From the IMG/VR virus record IMGVR_UViG_3300004941_000002, positions 1 to 32,551 of that record: a stretch of DNA of 32,551 bases; one strand, given 5' to 3'. Source of the DNA: a virus. The position numbers and the translations under genes are program-made. Under the pieces are notes generated by a model. It did not search any database, had not been told where the DNA came from, and worked only from the letters and a program-made list of their open reading frames with translations. Position 1 is the first letter of the stretch. Every line of letters begins with the position of its first letter. This document shows positions 13,547-22,430 of this stretch, in pieces.

Positions 13547-14698
13547 ATGAAAGTTGAACTTCTAAAAGTTAGCGAGCTAAGACTCGACCCCAATAATGCT
13601 AGAACTCATGATGATAACAACATTGAAGCAATTGCTGGAAGCCTCATGAGATTCGGCCAGCGCAAGCCGATTGTTATTTCGCAGGACAACACGGTAGTAG
13701 CGGGGAATGGCACGCTCACTGCTGCCAAGTCTTTAGGCTGGCAAAAAATTGAGGTAGTTCGTATTCCTGCAGACTGGGATGCCGACAGAATCAAAGCCTT
13801 TGCTCTAGCCGACAATCGCACGGCAGAGCTTGCATCATGGAATCAGCAGGTCATGTCAAGTCAATTGCTAGAGCTACAAGAGGCGGGTTTTGACATTGAA
13901 GAACTTGGATTTAGCCTTGAGCCAGAACCCTTAGATTTAGATTCAATACAAGAAGATGTAGTACCAGAAAATGTTGAAGCTAGAACTCGGCTTGGTGACA
14001 TTTGGAAACTTGGGAATCACCGCTTGCTTTGTGGTGATAGCACAGACCCTACATTGGTCTCAGAAATCATGGAAAATCAAAAAGCTGCGCTAGTTTTTAC
14101 CGACCCTCCTTATGGAGTCGAATACCAGTCAAACATGAGAATAAAATCTCAGAAATTTGATGTGCTAGAAAACGATGATAAGTTTCTCGATTTCGCTCCA
14201 GTAATTACCGCTCATTCAATTGGGTGGGTTTTTATTTGGACAAGTTGGAAAGTGCAAAATGTCTGGATTGACAAGCTGAAAGAATTTGGCTATCCAACTA
14301 ACATCATTGTTTGGCATAAACCAGGAGGCGGAATCGGCGACCTCAAAAAGACCTTTAGCAGTGATTATGAAGTTGCTCTCGTTTGGCACAGGGGCGCACA
14401 GCTCACTGGCAAGCGTATTGGTTCAGTTTGGACTATAAACAAAGATGGTTCAAGCTCTTACTTGCACCCAACTCAAAAACCCATAGCATTAGCGGCAGAG
14501 GCAATTGACAAGACAACCCATAGAGGGGCTCTCGTATTGGACTTGTTTGGCGGGTCAGGCTCAACCCTTATTGCTTGCGAAAAGACCAATCGTTTAGCAA
14601 GGGTTGTGGAGCTTGACCCTAAGTATTGCGATGTTATTGTGCAGCGTTGGGAAAACTTAACAGGTCAGAAAGCAGTATTAGTAAATGCCAGCAGGTAG
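13547..14698 (+). CDS. ParB-like nuclease domain fused to a DNA methyltransferase (DPPY type, N6-adenine or N4-cytosine)
   Basis: ParB-N motifs (DPNNARTH, GQRKPIVIS, VAGNGTLTAA), motif IV TDPPYGV, HPTQKP, and motif I LDLFGGSGST. Two sampled 60-nt lines are about 38 percent GC, against about 58 percent for one sampled backbone line. Confidence 0.85.
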   Translation: MKVELLKVSELRLDPNNARTHDDNNIEAIAGSLMRFGQRKPIVISQDNTVVAGNGTLTAAKSLGWQKIEVVRIPADWDADRIKAFALADNRTAELASWNQQVMSSQLLELQEAGFDIEELGFSLEPEPLDLDSIQEDVVPENVEARTRLGDIWKLGNHRLLCGDSTDPTLVSEIMENQKAALVFTDPPYGVEYQSNMRIKSQKFDVLENDDKFLDFAPVITAHSIGWVFIWTSWKVQNVWIDKLKEFGYPTNIIVWHKPGGGIGDLKKTFSSDYEVALVWHRGAQLTGKRIGSVWTINKDGSSSYLHPTQKPIALAAEAIDKTTHRGALVLDLFGGSGSTLIACEKTNRLARVVELDPKYCDVIVQRWENLTGQKAVLVNASR

Positions 14699-15119
14699 GC
14701 CCTCTAAACCAATTGAGCAAAAGCGTCTTCTTGGGAATCCAGGCAAGCGTGCCCTGCCTACTGATGCGATAGCAATTCCAATGGTTGAAGAAGTCCCAGA
14801 ACCGCACAGGCCATTGCTAAAATACGGTAAAGAGCTATGGGATAAGGTTTGGGCAACGGGCGCAACATGGATTAGTCCGAATACAGATACCGAGTTATTA
14901 CTAATGACTTGTGAAATGATTGACGAACGCTGGAACCTTAGAGTAAAGGTTATGCAAACTGATGATTCAAAGATGCGTAGAGGACTCAGGGAGCTGGACA
15001 GACAAATAGTGTCTAACCTCTCTCTAATGGGCTTTTCGCCAAGTGACCGCAGCAGGCTAGGCGTTGCAGAAATAAAGGCAAAGTCTAAGTTGCAGGAGAT
15101 GCTGGAAAAGAATGGCTAA
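14685..15119 (+). CDS. Terminase small subunit (P27-like)
   Basis: The N-terminus MPAGRPSKP...LLGNPGKRALP is typical of P27-family TerS. The gene sits immediately upstream of TerL and overlaps it. Confidence 0.75.
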   Translation: MPAGRPSKPIEQKRLLGNPGKRALPTDAIAIPMVEEVPEPHRPLLKYGKELWDKVWATGATWISPNTDTELLLMTCEMIDERWNLRVKVMQTDDSKMRRGLRELDRQIVSNLSLMGFSPSDRSRLGVAEIKAKSKLQEMLEKNG

Positions 15120-16632
15120 GTCTTGGCCCCCTCGCTGGCTAACTTCGATTGAAGATAAAGCCCTAGCTGCAGGCAAGGGCGAACTTGCTATTGAGTTTGT
15201 TGAGGCTTTTGGAATTATTACCAAGGATTCAATTGCTGGTAACGCTGGCACACCGCTCATTCTGCGTGACTGGCAGAAGGAACTAATCAGACACCTTTAC
15301 GCAGGCGACGGCAACGGCGGGTTTTTGCATCAGATAAATTTAGTCGGCTTAATGAGGAAACAGGGCAAGTCGGCACTGGCTAGTTGTTTGAGCCTTTTCG
15401 ATGCCTTCTTCGGCCCCAAAGGTGGCGAGGTCTATGCCGTTGCTGCCGAGAAGGAGCAGGCACGAATCGTGTTTGGGTCAGCTCGCAAAATTATTGAGGC
15501 CAACGAAGAACTGTCGGCAATGGTAAAGCTCTATCGTGATGCTGTAGAGATACCTTCGACTGGAACTGTTTATCGAGTGCTTTCGGCAGAGGCCTATTCC
15601 AAAGAGGGGTTGAACTCCTCCTCGGTTTGGATTGACGAGTTGCACGCTCACCCTGATAGAACCCTCTACGATGTCATGGCCCTCTCTATGGGTGCTAGAG
15701 GCCGTAAGGGGCATTTGGTCGCAATAACTACGGCGGGTCGTCGTTCGGACTCCACGGGCAACGACTCAATCGCTTATACCCTTTATCAAACAGGTCAAAG
15801 GATTGCCAACAAAGAAATCGACCCCTCGATGTTCATGGCATGGTGGGAAGCACCTAAGGACGCTGACCATAAGGACCCTAAGACTTGGGAGCTTGCATCT
15901 CCAGGCTACGGCGACATTTGTTCTGCTGAGGACTACGCAACTGCCGTCCAGCTAACCCCTGAGGCTGAGTTCAAGACCAAGCGACTCAACATTTGGACTA
16001 ACACAAAAGCAGCTTGGCTACCTGCGGGTGCTTGGCAAGCAATCGAGGAGGACTTTGAAATTCTGCCAGATGACGAGTATGTCCTTGGCTTTGACGGTTC
16101 TTGGAAGAACGACTCAACCGCTGTCGTCGCTGTAGTCTTGCCTCGGTCTGAGGACGATGTCTTTAGGGCCTACCGAGTAGCCTCTTGGGAAAAGGACTTT
16201 GCTATTGACGACGACTCTTGGATAGTCGACAAGAAGGAAGTAGCGAAAGCGGTCATGGACTTCTACGACAAGAACCCTAACTGCCGAGAGATGGCTTGTG
16301 ACCCCTCCTACTGGGAGGACGAGATGTTCCAATGGGCAGACTATGGAATCCCAGTCGTGGAATACCGCAACACCATCCAGCGCACCGTCCCTGCAACCGC
16401 AAAGTTGTTTGAGGCGATTATGAACAAGAAGCTGCAGGTTAGGCCCGATGCCTCTCTTGCAAGACACATAGACAACTGCATCCTCAAGATTGACGGACAA
16501 CGAGGTGGCAGAATCACGAAGGACTATCGCAACCCCAAGCTCAAGATTGACTTGGCTATCGCATTGCTTATGGCGTATGACCGAGCAAGCGTTAGAATGG
16601 AAGAAGCATTAGTGCCTCAGATTTTCGTATAG
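15112..16632 (+). CDS. Terminase large subunit
   Basis: Walker A-like RKQGKS, Walker B-like VWIDELH, and a C-terminal nuclease-type GFDGSWKNDSTAVV. 506 aa. Confidence 0.9.
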   Translation: MAKSWPPRWLTSIEDKALAAGKGELAIEFVEAFGIITKDSIAGNAGTPLILRDWQKELIRHLYAGDGNGGFLHQINLVGLMRKQGKSALASCLSLFDAFFGPKGGEVYAVAAEKEQARIVFGSARKIIEANEELSAMVKLYRDAVEIPSTGTVYRVLSAEAYSKEGLNSSSVWIDELHAHPDRTLYDVMALSMGARGRKGHLVAITTAGRRSDSTGNDSIAYTLYQTGQRIANKEIDPSMFMAWWEAPKDADHKDPKTWELASPGYGDICSAEDYATAVQLTPEAEFKTKRLNIWTNTKAAWLPAGAWQAIEEDFEILPDDEYVLGFDGSWKNDSTAVVAVVLPRSEDDVFRAYRVASWEKDFAIDDDSWIVDKKEVAKAVMDFYDKNPNCREMACDPSYWEDEMFQWADYGIPVVEYRNTIQRTVPATAKLFEAIMNKKLQVRPDASLARHIDNCILKIDGQRGGRITKDYRNPKLKIDLAIALLMAYDRASVRMEEALVPQIFV

Positions 16633-16643
16633 GCGGGTAGATT

Positions 16644-18005
16644 TTGGCAAGTTTTTGGGACCGAGTGTTCAATCGCAGAGCGATTTCTTATCAGACCATT
16701 TGGGGAGCTGGCGACGACATTAGCTTGTCGAGCAACGCTGGCACAATCGTCGACTCCAAGACGGCCCTACAAATAAACGCTGTCTACTCAGCCGTTTCTC
16801 TAATCTCCGACACCGTCGCCTCATTGCCAGTAGATGTTTTCATTCGTCGTGACGGTGCAAGGTTTCCTTTCCGTCCTGCACCCGCTTGGGTCTATAAGCC
16901 AGATGTCGACACAACAAAAGAAGCGTTCTGGGGAGCCATAATTGTTTCGATGCTGATTGACGGCAACGCCTATGTACGCATTTTCTCTAACCAGCGTGGC
17001 GAGATTGTTTCCATGATGGCTCTATCCCCTCTAGATGTCGAGCCACAGCGTAACGGTCTTGGACAGCTTATGTTTAAGGTCGAGGGTGAGGAAAGGCTAC
17101 TCTCTAGCGATGAAATTGTATTCATCCCAGATGTTGTACGACCAGGTCACATAAAGGGCATCTCAAGAGTTGACTATCTAAAGAACAACCTCTCGCTAGC
17201 AACTGCTCTCGAAAACTACGCTGCAAGGTTCTTCGGTACTGGAACCCACACCTCGGGTGTAATCGAGTTCCCAGGCAACCTAACCGCAGAGCAGGCTAAA
17301 TCCCTGCAAGACGCTTTTGACTCTCGTCACCGAGGCTGGCAGAAGGCCCACAAGACTGCCGTTCTTTCAGGCGGTGCGAAGTATGTCCCAACTACTTCAG
17401 AGAACGACAAAGCTCAGTTCATTGAGGCACGCAAGTTTGCAGTAGAAGAAATTGCTCGTGCGTTCAGAATTCCACCGTCGATGCTAGCAATCGAGGGTAG
17501 CTACACCTATTCGTCAGTGGAACAACAGTCGTTGGCCTTCTTGCAATATTGCATCCGTCCCGTCATTCAGAAACTTGAGTCAGCCTTCTCACCGCTTATG
17601 TCACGCACGCAGGGTGGCGAGAACGCCTTTATTAAGTTCAACTTCGATGGACTGCTTCGAGCAGACATCGAGAACCGCATGACCGCCTACTCGACAGGCC
17701 TACAAGCAGGATTCTTGACGGTCAACGATGTCCGTCGCCTTGAGGACCTGCGTCCGATTGACGACCCTTCGGCTGACCAGCCTCGAGTGCCACTTGCGAA
17801 TGTTAACATCGACGCAGCCGAATTGGTAGCCACCGACAAGCGGGTCTCAATGGCCTCCAAGCTCGTTCTGGCAGGCTATGACCCAGCCGAGGTTCTAAAC
17901 GCTATGGGCTTGCCTGAAATGGCTCACACGGGCGTTCCAAGCGTTCAGCTTCAGGGGCTACAAAATCTCAATCCTGAGGACCCAACAAGCGAATACGAGG
18001 TCTAA
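16644..18005 (+). CDS. Portal protein (HK97 family)
   Basis: TTG start, 453 aa. The ARKFAVEEIARAFRIPPSMLA core is typical of HK97-type portals, and the gene follows TerL. Confidence 0.85.
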   Translation: MASFWDRVFNRRAISYQTIWGAGDDISLSSNAGTIVDSKTALQINAVYSAVSLISDTVASLPVDVFIRRDGARFPFRPAPAWVYKPDVDTTKEAFWGAIIVSMLIDGNAYVRIFSNQRGEIVSMMALSPLDVEPQRNGLGQLMFKVEGEERLLSSDEIVFIPDVVRPGHIKGISRVDYLKNNLSLATALENYAARFFGTGTHTSGVIEFPGNLTAEQAKSLQDAFDSRHRGWQKAHKTAVLSGGAKYVPTTSENDKAQFIEARKFAVEEIARAFRIPPSMLAIEGSYTYSSVEQQSLAFLQYCIRPVIQKLESAFSPLMSRTQGGENAFIKFNFDGLLRADIENRMTAYSTGLQAGFLTVNDVRRLEDLRPIDDPSADQPRVPLANVNIDAAELVATDKRVSMASKLVLAGYDPAEVLNAMGLPEMAHTGVPSVQLQGLQNLNPEDPTSEYEV

Positions 18006-18719
18006 ATGTCGATTACCACAAATGTAGTAACAGTTGGCACAGCAGGTGCAACACTTATTGCACCGACTATCGACGCTCAAGATGCTTGGATTGAAAACCT
18101 TGAACCGAGCAATGATTTAGGTAGCTACTCTCGTGACGGCTACTCTTACGCAGCCAAAAGTTATTTCCCTATCGCCAACAACGGCACAGCGATTTTCTCC
18201 TTTACTACAGGCACAACTGGAGCGCAAATAGATAGCTGGGATTTTGACTCCAGAAATTCATCGGTTATTGGAGAACTTATTGAGGGTGCGACTATCACGA
18301 CTAGCGGAACTGCTATCCCAGGGTATAACCTGAATCGCAACGAGAGCGATGCCCACGATGCCTCTTTGGTAACCGCTTCAGCCCTAACTGGTGGAACTGT
18401 TGTTTATTCGACTTTTATTGGAGCTTCTAATCAGTCAACTGGCGGTGCATACTCAAATGTCATAATTACACTCGAGCCAAGCACTCAGTATGGATTCCGC
18501 TTTAGAGATGTTGGTGGCAACGGAACAAATGTTCACGCCGTAATTGGTTGGGTTGAGAAATACAATGGATTGAACGATGTCTACCTAAACGGAGCTACAG
18601 GCGCATCCGTAAGGCTAAGAGGTGGCGAGAAGATTCAACTAGAGCTACAGCAAGGAGAGGGAATCACGGCCTTTGCATCTCGTGAAGGTGTCCAAGTCGC
18701 CGTGATGAGACAGGACTAA
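18006..18719 (+). CDS. Beta-rich protein of unknown function inserted between portal and prohead protease
   Basis: 237-aa ORF, Gly/Thr/Ser/Asn-rich, with no recognised motif. Its start lies 1 nt after the portal stop, and its stop overlaps the protease ATG (TAATG). Confidence 0.7.
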   Translation: MSITTNVVTVGTAGATLIAPTIDAQDAWIENLEPSNDLGSYSRDGYSYAAKSYFPIANNGTAIFSFTTGTTGAQIDSWDFDSRNSSVIGELIEGATITTSGTAIPGYNLNRNESDAHDASLVTASALTGGTVVYSTFIGASNQSTGGAYSNVIITLEPSTQYGFRFRDVGGNGTNVHAVIGWVEKYNGLNDVYLNGATGASVRLRGGEKIQLELQQGEGITAFASREGVQVAVMRQD

Positions 18720-20263
18720 TGCCGTATTTCATTTGGGACGAACATCCAGACTGTGACAACTGGGCGGTAGTCAAAGAAGATGGTGAGCTTGTAGCTTGCC
18801 ATGACACTAAAGATTCAGCCGTTGACCAGATGGTCGCAATTTCAATAGCAGAGGAGATGGAACCAGGTGGCACTTATACCAGAGAAGGGCGGGCTGCTCC
18901 CGACGAACTCTCAGTCGGGGACTTCGTCCGCTGGAACAGCTCAGGGGGAACCGCAAGGGGTCGCATTGAAAGAATCGAGCGTGACGGCGAAATCAATGTC
19001 CCAGACTCAAGCTTCACAATCACAGGGACCGCTGACGACCCAGCAGCCCTCATCTCCGTCTGGCAAGAAGGCGAAGAAGGCTGGCAAGAGTCAGACACCC
19101 TAGTCGGACACAAGTTTTCAACACTAACTAAAATTGACAGCCTACGGTCACTGACAATAGAGACAAGAGAAGTCAACCTAACCCCACCTGCCTACATGAG
19201 AGCTGCTGCTCGAAGGGGACTCGAGTATTACGAGGAAGGACTCGGCGGAGATGGCTTGGTTGAAAGAACTATACGAGAAGCTCGGGCTATGGCTAGGGGT
19301 TCTGTTACTGCTGAGAAGTGGGTTAGGATTCGGGCTTGGATTGCTCGCCATCTGGTTGATTTGGACTCTCCCTCCGCACGACCTAGTTCGGACGATTATC
19401 CTAGTGCTGGTGTAGTCGCCCATCTACTATGGGGTTCAGGGCCATCGAAGGCTGCTGCTCGCCGTGCATTGGCGTATGCCGAAGGCGTTGTGAGTAGAAT
19501 AGAAGCAGAGAATGAAGGACGAGCGAAAGGCGAAGCATTGTCCAAAATTGAAACTCGTGTTCTCACGACTGACTTTGAGGTGCGAGAAGAAGCAGACGGT
19601 ATGCACCTTACTGGCTACGCTGCCAGATTCAATGAGCCGTCCGAGCCACTACCGTTTATTGAGCGGATTGCACCAGGGGCTTTCAAGCGTTCGCTAAAGT
19701 CACGCAACGACATAAAGCTTCTATGGAACCACGACAGCTCAACCGTCTTAGGTTCAACTCGTGCGGGAACTCTAACCCTCACAGAGGACAATCAAGGTCT
19801 ACGGGTCAACGCAGTCTTGCCAGACACTCAGGCAGGCCGTGACGCAAAAGTCCTAATTCAGCGTGGGGATGTTACAGGATTCTCCTTCGGCTTTACCGTG
19901 CCTAAGGGTGGGGACACATGGAACGAGGACGGGACCGAAAGAACCCTAAACTCAATTCGCCTAATGGAGGTCAGCACGGGAGTCGCCTTCCCTGCGTACC
20001 CGACAACTAATGGCACTGCACAAGTTCGTGGCCTAGACAAGCTTGCTAAGAGGGCAGAGGTCGACGCAGACGCTCTGGCTGATGCAATGATGAAACTTGA
20101 GGAGGGCGAAGAAATTACCGCTGAGGAAAAGGACATCCTTAGTAGAGTTATCTCAGAGCTAGCACCGAAGCAGGAGGAAGCTCCAACCGAGGAGCCAAAG
20201 GGCGACCTCGCTATGTTGCAACTCAAGAAGAAGAAGCTAGAACTACTCCTGAAGGGACTATAA
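18719..20263 (+). CDS. HK97-type prohead serine protease (S78) with an N-terminal extension of about 270 aa and a coiled-coil C-terminus
   Basis: The C-terminal half carries GYAARFNE...GAFKRSL...LLWNHD...GFSFGF...MEVSTGVAFPAYPTT. The N-terminal half has no protease motif. Confidence 0.8.
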   Translation: MPYFIWDEHPDCDNWAVVKEDGELVACHDTKDSAVDQMVAISIAEEMEPGGTYTREGRAAPDELSVGDFVRWNSSGGTARGRIERIERDGEINVPDSSFTITGTADDPAALISVWQEGEEGWQESDTLVGHKFSTLTKIDSLRSLTIETREVNLTPPAYMRAAARRGLEYYEEGLGGDGLVERTIREARAMARGSVTAEKWVRIRAWIARHLVDLDSPSARPSSDDYPSAGVVAHLLWGSGPSKAAARRALAYAEGVVSRIEAENEGRAKGEALSKIETRVLTTDFEVREEADGMHLTGYAARFNEPSEPLPFIERIAPGAFKRSLKSRNDIKLLWNHDSSTVLGSTRAGTLTLTEDNQGLRVNAVLPDTQAGRDAKVLIQRGDVTGFSFGFTVPKGGDTWNEDGTERTLNSIRLMEVSTGVAFPAYPTTNGTAQVRGLDKLAKRAEVDADALADAMMKLEEGEEITAEEKDILSRVISELAPKQEEAPTEEPKGDLAMLQLKKKKLELLLKGL

Positions 20264-20500
20264 ATGGCAAACAAAGACGAAATCAAGAAGGTCATTCTGG
20301 ATGTTGCGGGCAACCCAGAATCGGGTGTTGTGCGTGACTATGCAGACAAGTGGGCAGAAGCTATTGCCTCACTTATGACAGGCACGCCTTACAAGGTCAA
20401 CGCCAAGGACGGCGATGGCGACGGTAAGGTTCAAGACGGCACTCCACATGAGAGGCCAGTAAAAGAGACTCGTGTAACCAAGCCGACAGACATTAGGTAG
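20264..20500 (+). CDS. Hypothetical protein (78 aa) with a DGDGDGKVQDG loop (DxDxDG-like)
   Basis: The ORF starts directly after the protease stop. It has a calcium-loop-like DxDxDG string and is followed by a terminator. Confidence 0.55.
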   Translation: MANKDEIKKVILDVAGNPESGVVRDYADKWAEAIASLMTGTPYKVNAKDGDGDGKVQDGTPHERPVKETRVTKPTDIR

Positions 20501-20520
20501 TCGCCAAGCATCAAGTCTCT

Positions 20521-20561
20521 CCCCCTCGGTCTTATCCTTTCTGCCGAGGGGGTTCTCTTTT
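20521..20561 (+). terminator. Intrinsic terminator
   Basis: 9-bp GC stem CCCCCTCGG / CCGAGGGGG with a 14-nt loop, followed by TTCTCTTTTG. Confidence 0.7.
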
Positions 20562-20590
20562 GCCGTTATCAAACTGTTACAAATAAATTG

Positions 20591-20630
20591 TTGCAAAGAG
20601 TTGCTTATTGTTGCTTAGTGTGACTATACT
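20591..20630 (+). promoter_or_regulatory. Promoter-like element B: three tandem 10-bp TTGC boxes, -35 TTGCTT, 18-nt spacer, -10 TATACT
   Basis: TTGCAAAGAG / TTGCTTATTG / TTGCTTAGTG at 20591, 20601 and 20611, with TATACT at 20625..20630. It resembles element A at 9204..9243 and has the same ACAACAAGGAAAGG leader. Confidence 0.6.
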
Positions 20631-20659
20631 GAATACAACAACAAGGAAAGGTTTCTCAA

Positions 20660-20899
20660 ATGGCAAAGACAACATACAAGGCAACAGCTCCAGATGGGCG
20701 CCTGTTTACCCGCAAGACTGACCGCACCTACACACACGCTATTGCTATTTACCGCAACGACGCATGGGCAATCGAGGAATGGTGCGGAAGGCAAGACCTA
20801 GCTGAAAAAGCAGCTTCTAGGTGGCTAACTGGTTACGACGGCTTTTTTCTAAAACAACACCCAGAGGGCAAGGTAGCAATCGTCGAAGTTGCAATCTAA
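20660..20899 (+). CDS. Hypothetical protein (79 aa) in a stand-alone promoter-gene-terminator unit (moron-like)
   Basis: ATG at 20660 with a GGAAAGG Shine-Dalgarno sequence. Bracketed by the terminator at 20521, promoter element B and the terminator at 20912. Confidence 0.7.
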   Translation: MAKTTYKATAPDGRLFTRKTDRTYTHAIAIYRNDAWAIEEWCGRQDLAEKAASRWLTGYDGFFLKQHPEGKVAIVEVAI

Positions 20900-20911
20900 A
20901 ACTTAAAAGGG

Positions 20912-20939
20912 ACCTCCCCTTCGGGGAGGTTTTCTTTTG
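20912..20939 (+). terminator. Intrinsic terminator
   Basis: Stem ACCTCCCC / GGGGAGGT with a 3-4 nt loop, followed by TTTTCTTTT. Confidence 0.8.
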
Positions 20940-20975
20940 TCTAGGGGACCTTGATAAATTTTGTCTAGTACCCCT

Positions 20976-20986
20976 TGTTATAGAAT
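20976..20986 (+). promoter_or_regulatory. Candidate extended -10 promoter (TGTTATAGAAT) upstream of the capsid gene
   Basis: TGn + TATAGA / TAGAAT lies in the 130-nt non-coding gap after a terminator. There is no good -35. The TAGAAT recurs at 26576. Confidence 0.3.
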
Positions 20987-21072
20987 GTTACTAGCGGATA
21001 AGAGTAAGCTCTGCCGTCACAGTTGAGCGTCAACGCCACTAACCCTAATCAACATTCAATCAAGGAGACTAA

Positions 21073-22239
21073 ATGTCTGAGTTCATCAAGACTCAGTACG
21101 AAGTCCGCAACAACCTCATCATGCAGGTTCGTGAGGTCATTGACCTTGCCGAAACTGAAGGTCGTGGTTTGGACTCCGCTGAGCTAGAAAAGATTGACAG
21201 GATTGAGGCTGACATCCGCAAGGCGGACGAGGCTATTTCTGTCGCAGAGCGTAATGAGGAGCGTCGCCTAGAGGCTTCCGTCGCTGCAAAGGGCTTCGTG
21301 CCAACCGTATCCGAGGACCGTTCGGCTGCTGACATCCTTCGTGCAATCGCACAGGGTGAGCAGAGGGACCACACCTTCGAGCGTCGTGCAGCTCTTACTC
21401 CATCCACCAACACCGTTCCAAAGTCGTTCTACGACCAGGTATTCGATGTTGCTCGTCTGACTTTCCCGCTGGACGAGTTCGAGGTTATCAACACCACTTC
21501 TGGTGAGGACCTAACCATCCCAACCTTGACCGCATACTCCGCTGCATCTCTAGTAGCTGCTGCTGGAACCGTATCGGCCTCAGAGCCTACCTACGCAAGC
21601 ATCACCCTAGGTGCTTACAAGTACGGTATGCTCGCACAGGCTGCTTCCGAGCTAGTAAGCGACGCAGGTTTCGACCTAGCATCGCACCTTGCAAACCAGG
21701 CTGGTAACGGCATTGGTTACGCAGTAGGTTCGGCTGTAACCCTTGGCGACGGCTCAAGCAAGCCTCAGGGTGTTGTAGCTGCTGCTGGTTCTGGTGTCAC
21801 TGGTGGCACTGGTGTCTCAGGTGGCTTCACCGCTGACAACCTCATTGACCTCGCCTACAGCGTCGATGGACAGGTTCGCAGAATGAGTCCAGCGTTCATG
21901 GCTAACGGTGCAACCATCGGTGCTATGCGTAAGCTCAAGGACGGCGCAGGAAACTACCTCTACCAGATTGGTCAGTTCGGACCTGCTGGTGGCGACACCT
22001 TCGCAGGCTACCGTGTCGTGGAGAACCCACACATGGCTGACATTGCAACTTCCGCAAAGTCGGTTGTTTTTGGCGACCTTAAGTCTCACAAGGTCAGGAT
22101 TGCAGGCGGTTTGTCTGTGGCCTCATCTACAGACTATGCCTTCAACACTGACTTGGTTACATGGAGATTCCTCATCAGAATTGACTCTGATTTGACCCAT
22201 GCAGCCCATGTCAAATACTTCGCAGGTGCAGCTAGCTAG
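21073..22239 (+). CDS. Major capsid protein (HK97 fold) with a coiled-coil N-terminal delta-like domain
   Basis: 388 aa. The helical N-terminus (about 100 aa), the GDGSSKPQGVV motif, strong AAGGAGA Shine-Dalgarno sequence and flanking terminators all fit a major capsid gene. Confidence 0.9.
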   Translation: MSEFIKTQYEVRNNLIMQVREVIDLAETEGRGLDSAELEKIDRIEADIRKADEAISVAERNEERRLEASVAAKGFVPTVSEDRSAADILRAIAQGEQRDHTFERRAALTPSTNTVPKSFYDQVFDVARLTFPLDEFEVINTTSGEDLTIPTLTAYSAASLVAAAGTVSASEPTYASITLGAYKYGMLAQAASELVSDAGFDLASHLANQAGNGIGYAVGSAVTLGDGSSKPQGVVAAAGSGVTGGTGVSGGFTADNLIDLAYSVDGQVRRMSPAFMANGATIGAMRKLKDGAGNYLYQIGQFGPAGGDTFAGYRVVENPHMADIATSAKSVVFGDLKSHKVRIAGGLSVASSTDYAFNTDLVTWRFLIRIDSDLTHAAHVKYFAGAAS

Positions 22240-22260
22240 TAGCTAACCAGCGAACAAAGC

Positions 22261-22303
22261 GAAACCCCTCGAGCTTGTAGGTTGGCTCGGGGGGTTTCTT
22301 TAT
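22261..22303 (+). terminator. Intrinsic terminator after the capsid gene
   Basis: 14-nt arms GAAACCCCTCGAGC / GCTCGGGGGGTTTC pair with one mismatch (13 bp), separated by a 10-nt loop and followed by TTTAT. Confidence 0.8.
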
Positions 22304-22397
22304 GCTACGCTTTTCAAGCGGACATCAGCACTTCTCAGTGCGGTCCGTAGTTATGGCCCTCCCTAGTGGTTGCGTTCATTTCTTTCCCTTGTTGAGG

Positions 22398-22430
22398 AAC
22401 CCCTGCTGGAAACGGCAGGGGTTTCTTGTT
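22398..22430 (+). terminator. Second intrinsic terminator about 100 nt downstream of the first
   Basis: Stem AACCCCTGC / GCAGGGGTT, loop TGGAAACG, followed by TCTTGTT. Confidence 0.7.

Noticed and set aside
19858-20313. 151-aa minus-strand ORF, plus similar antisense ORFs at 16114..16500, 21093..21413 and 27621..27992
   Set aside because: All lie antisense within strongly motif-supported structural genes (protease, terminase, capsid, tape measure). They are Ser/Arg-rich with low-complexity translation. A 50-58 percent GC backbone commonly yields long antisense open frames.
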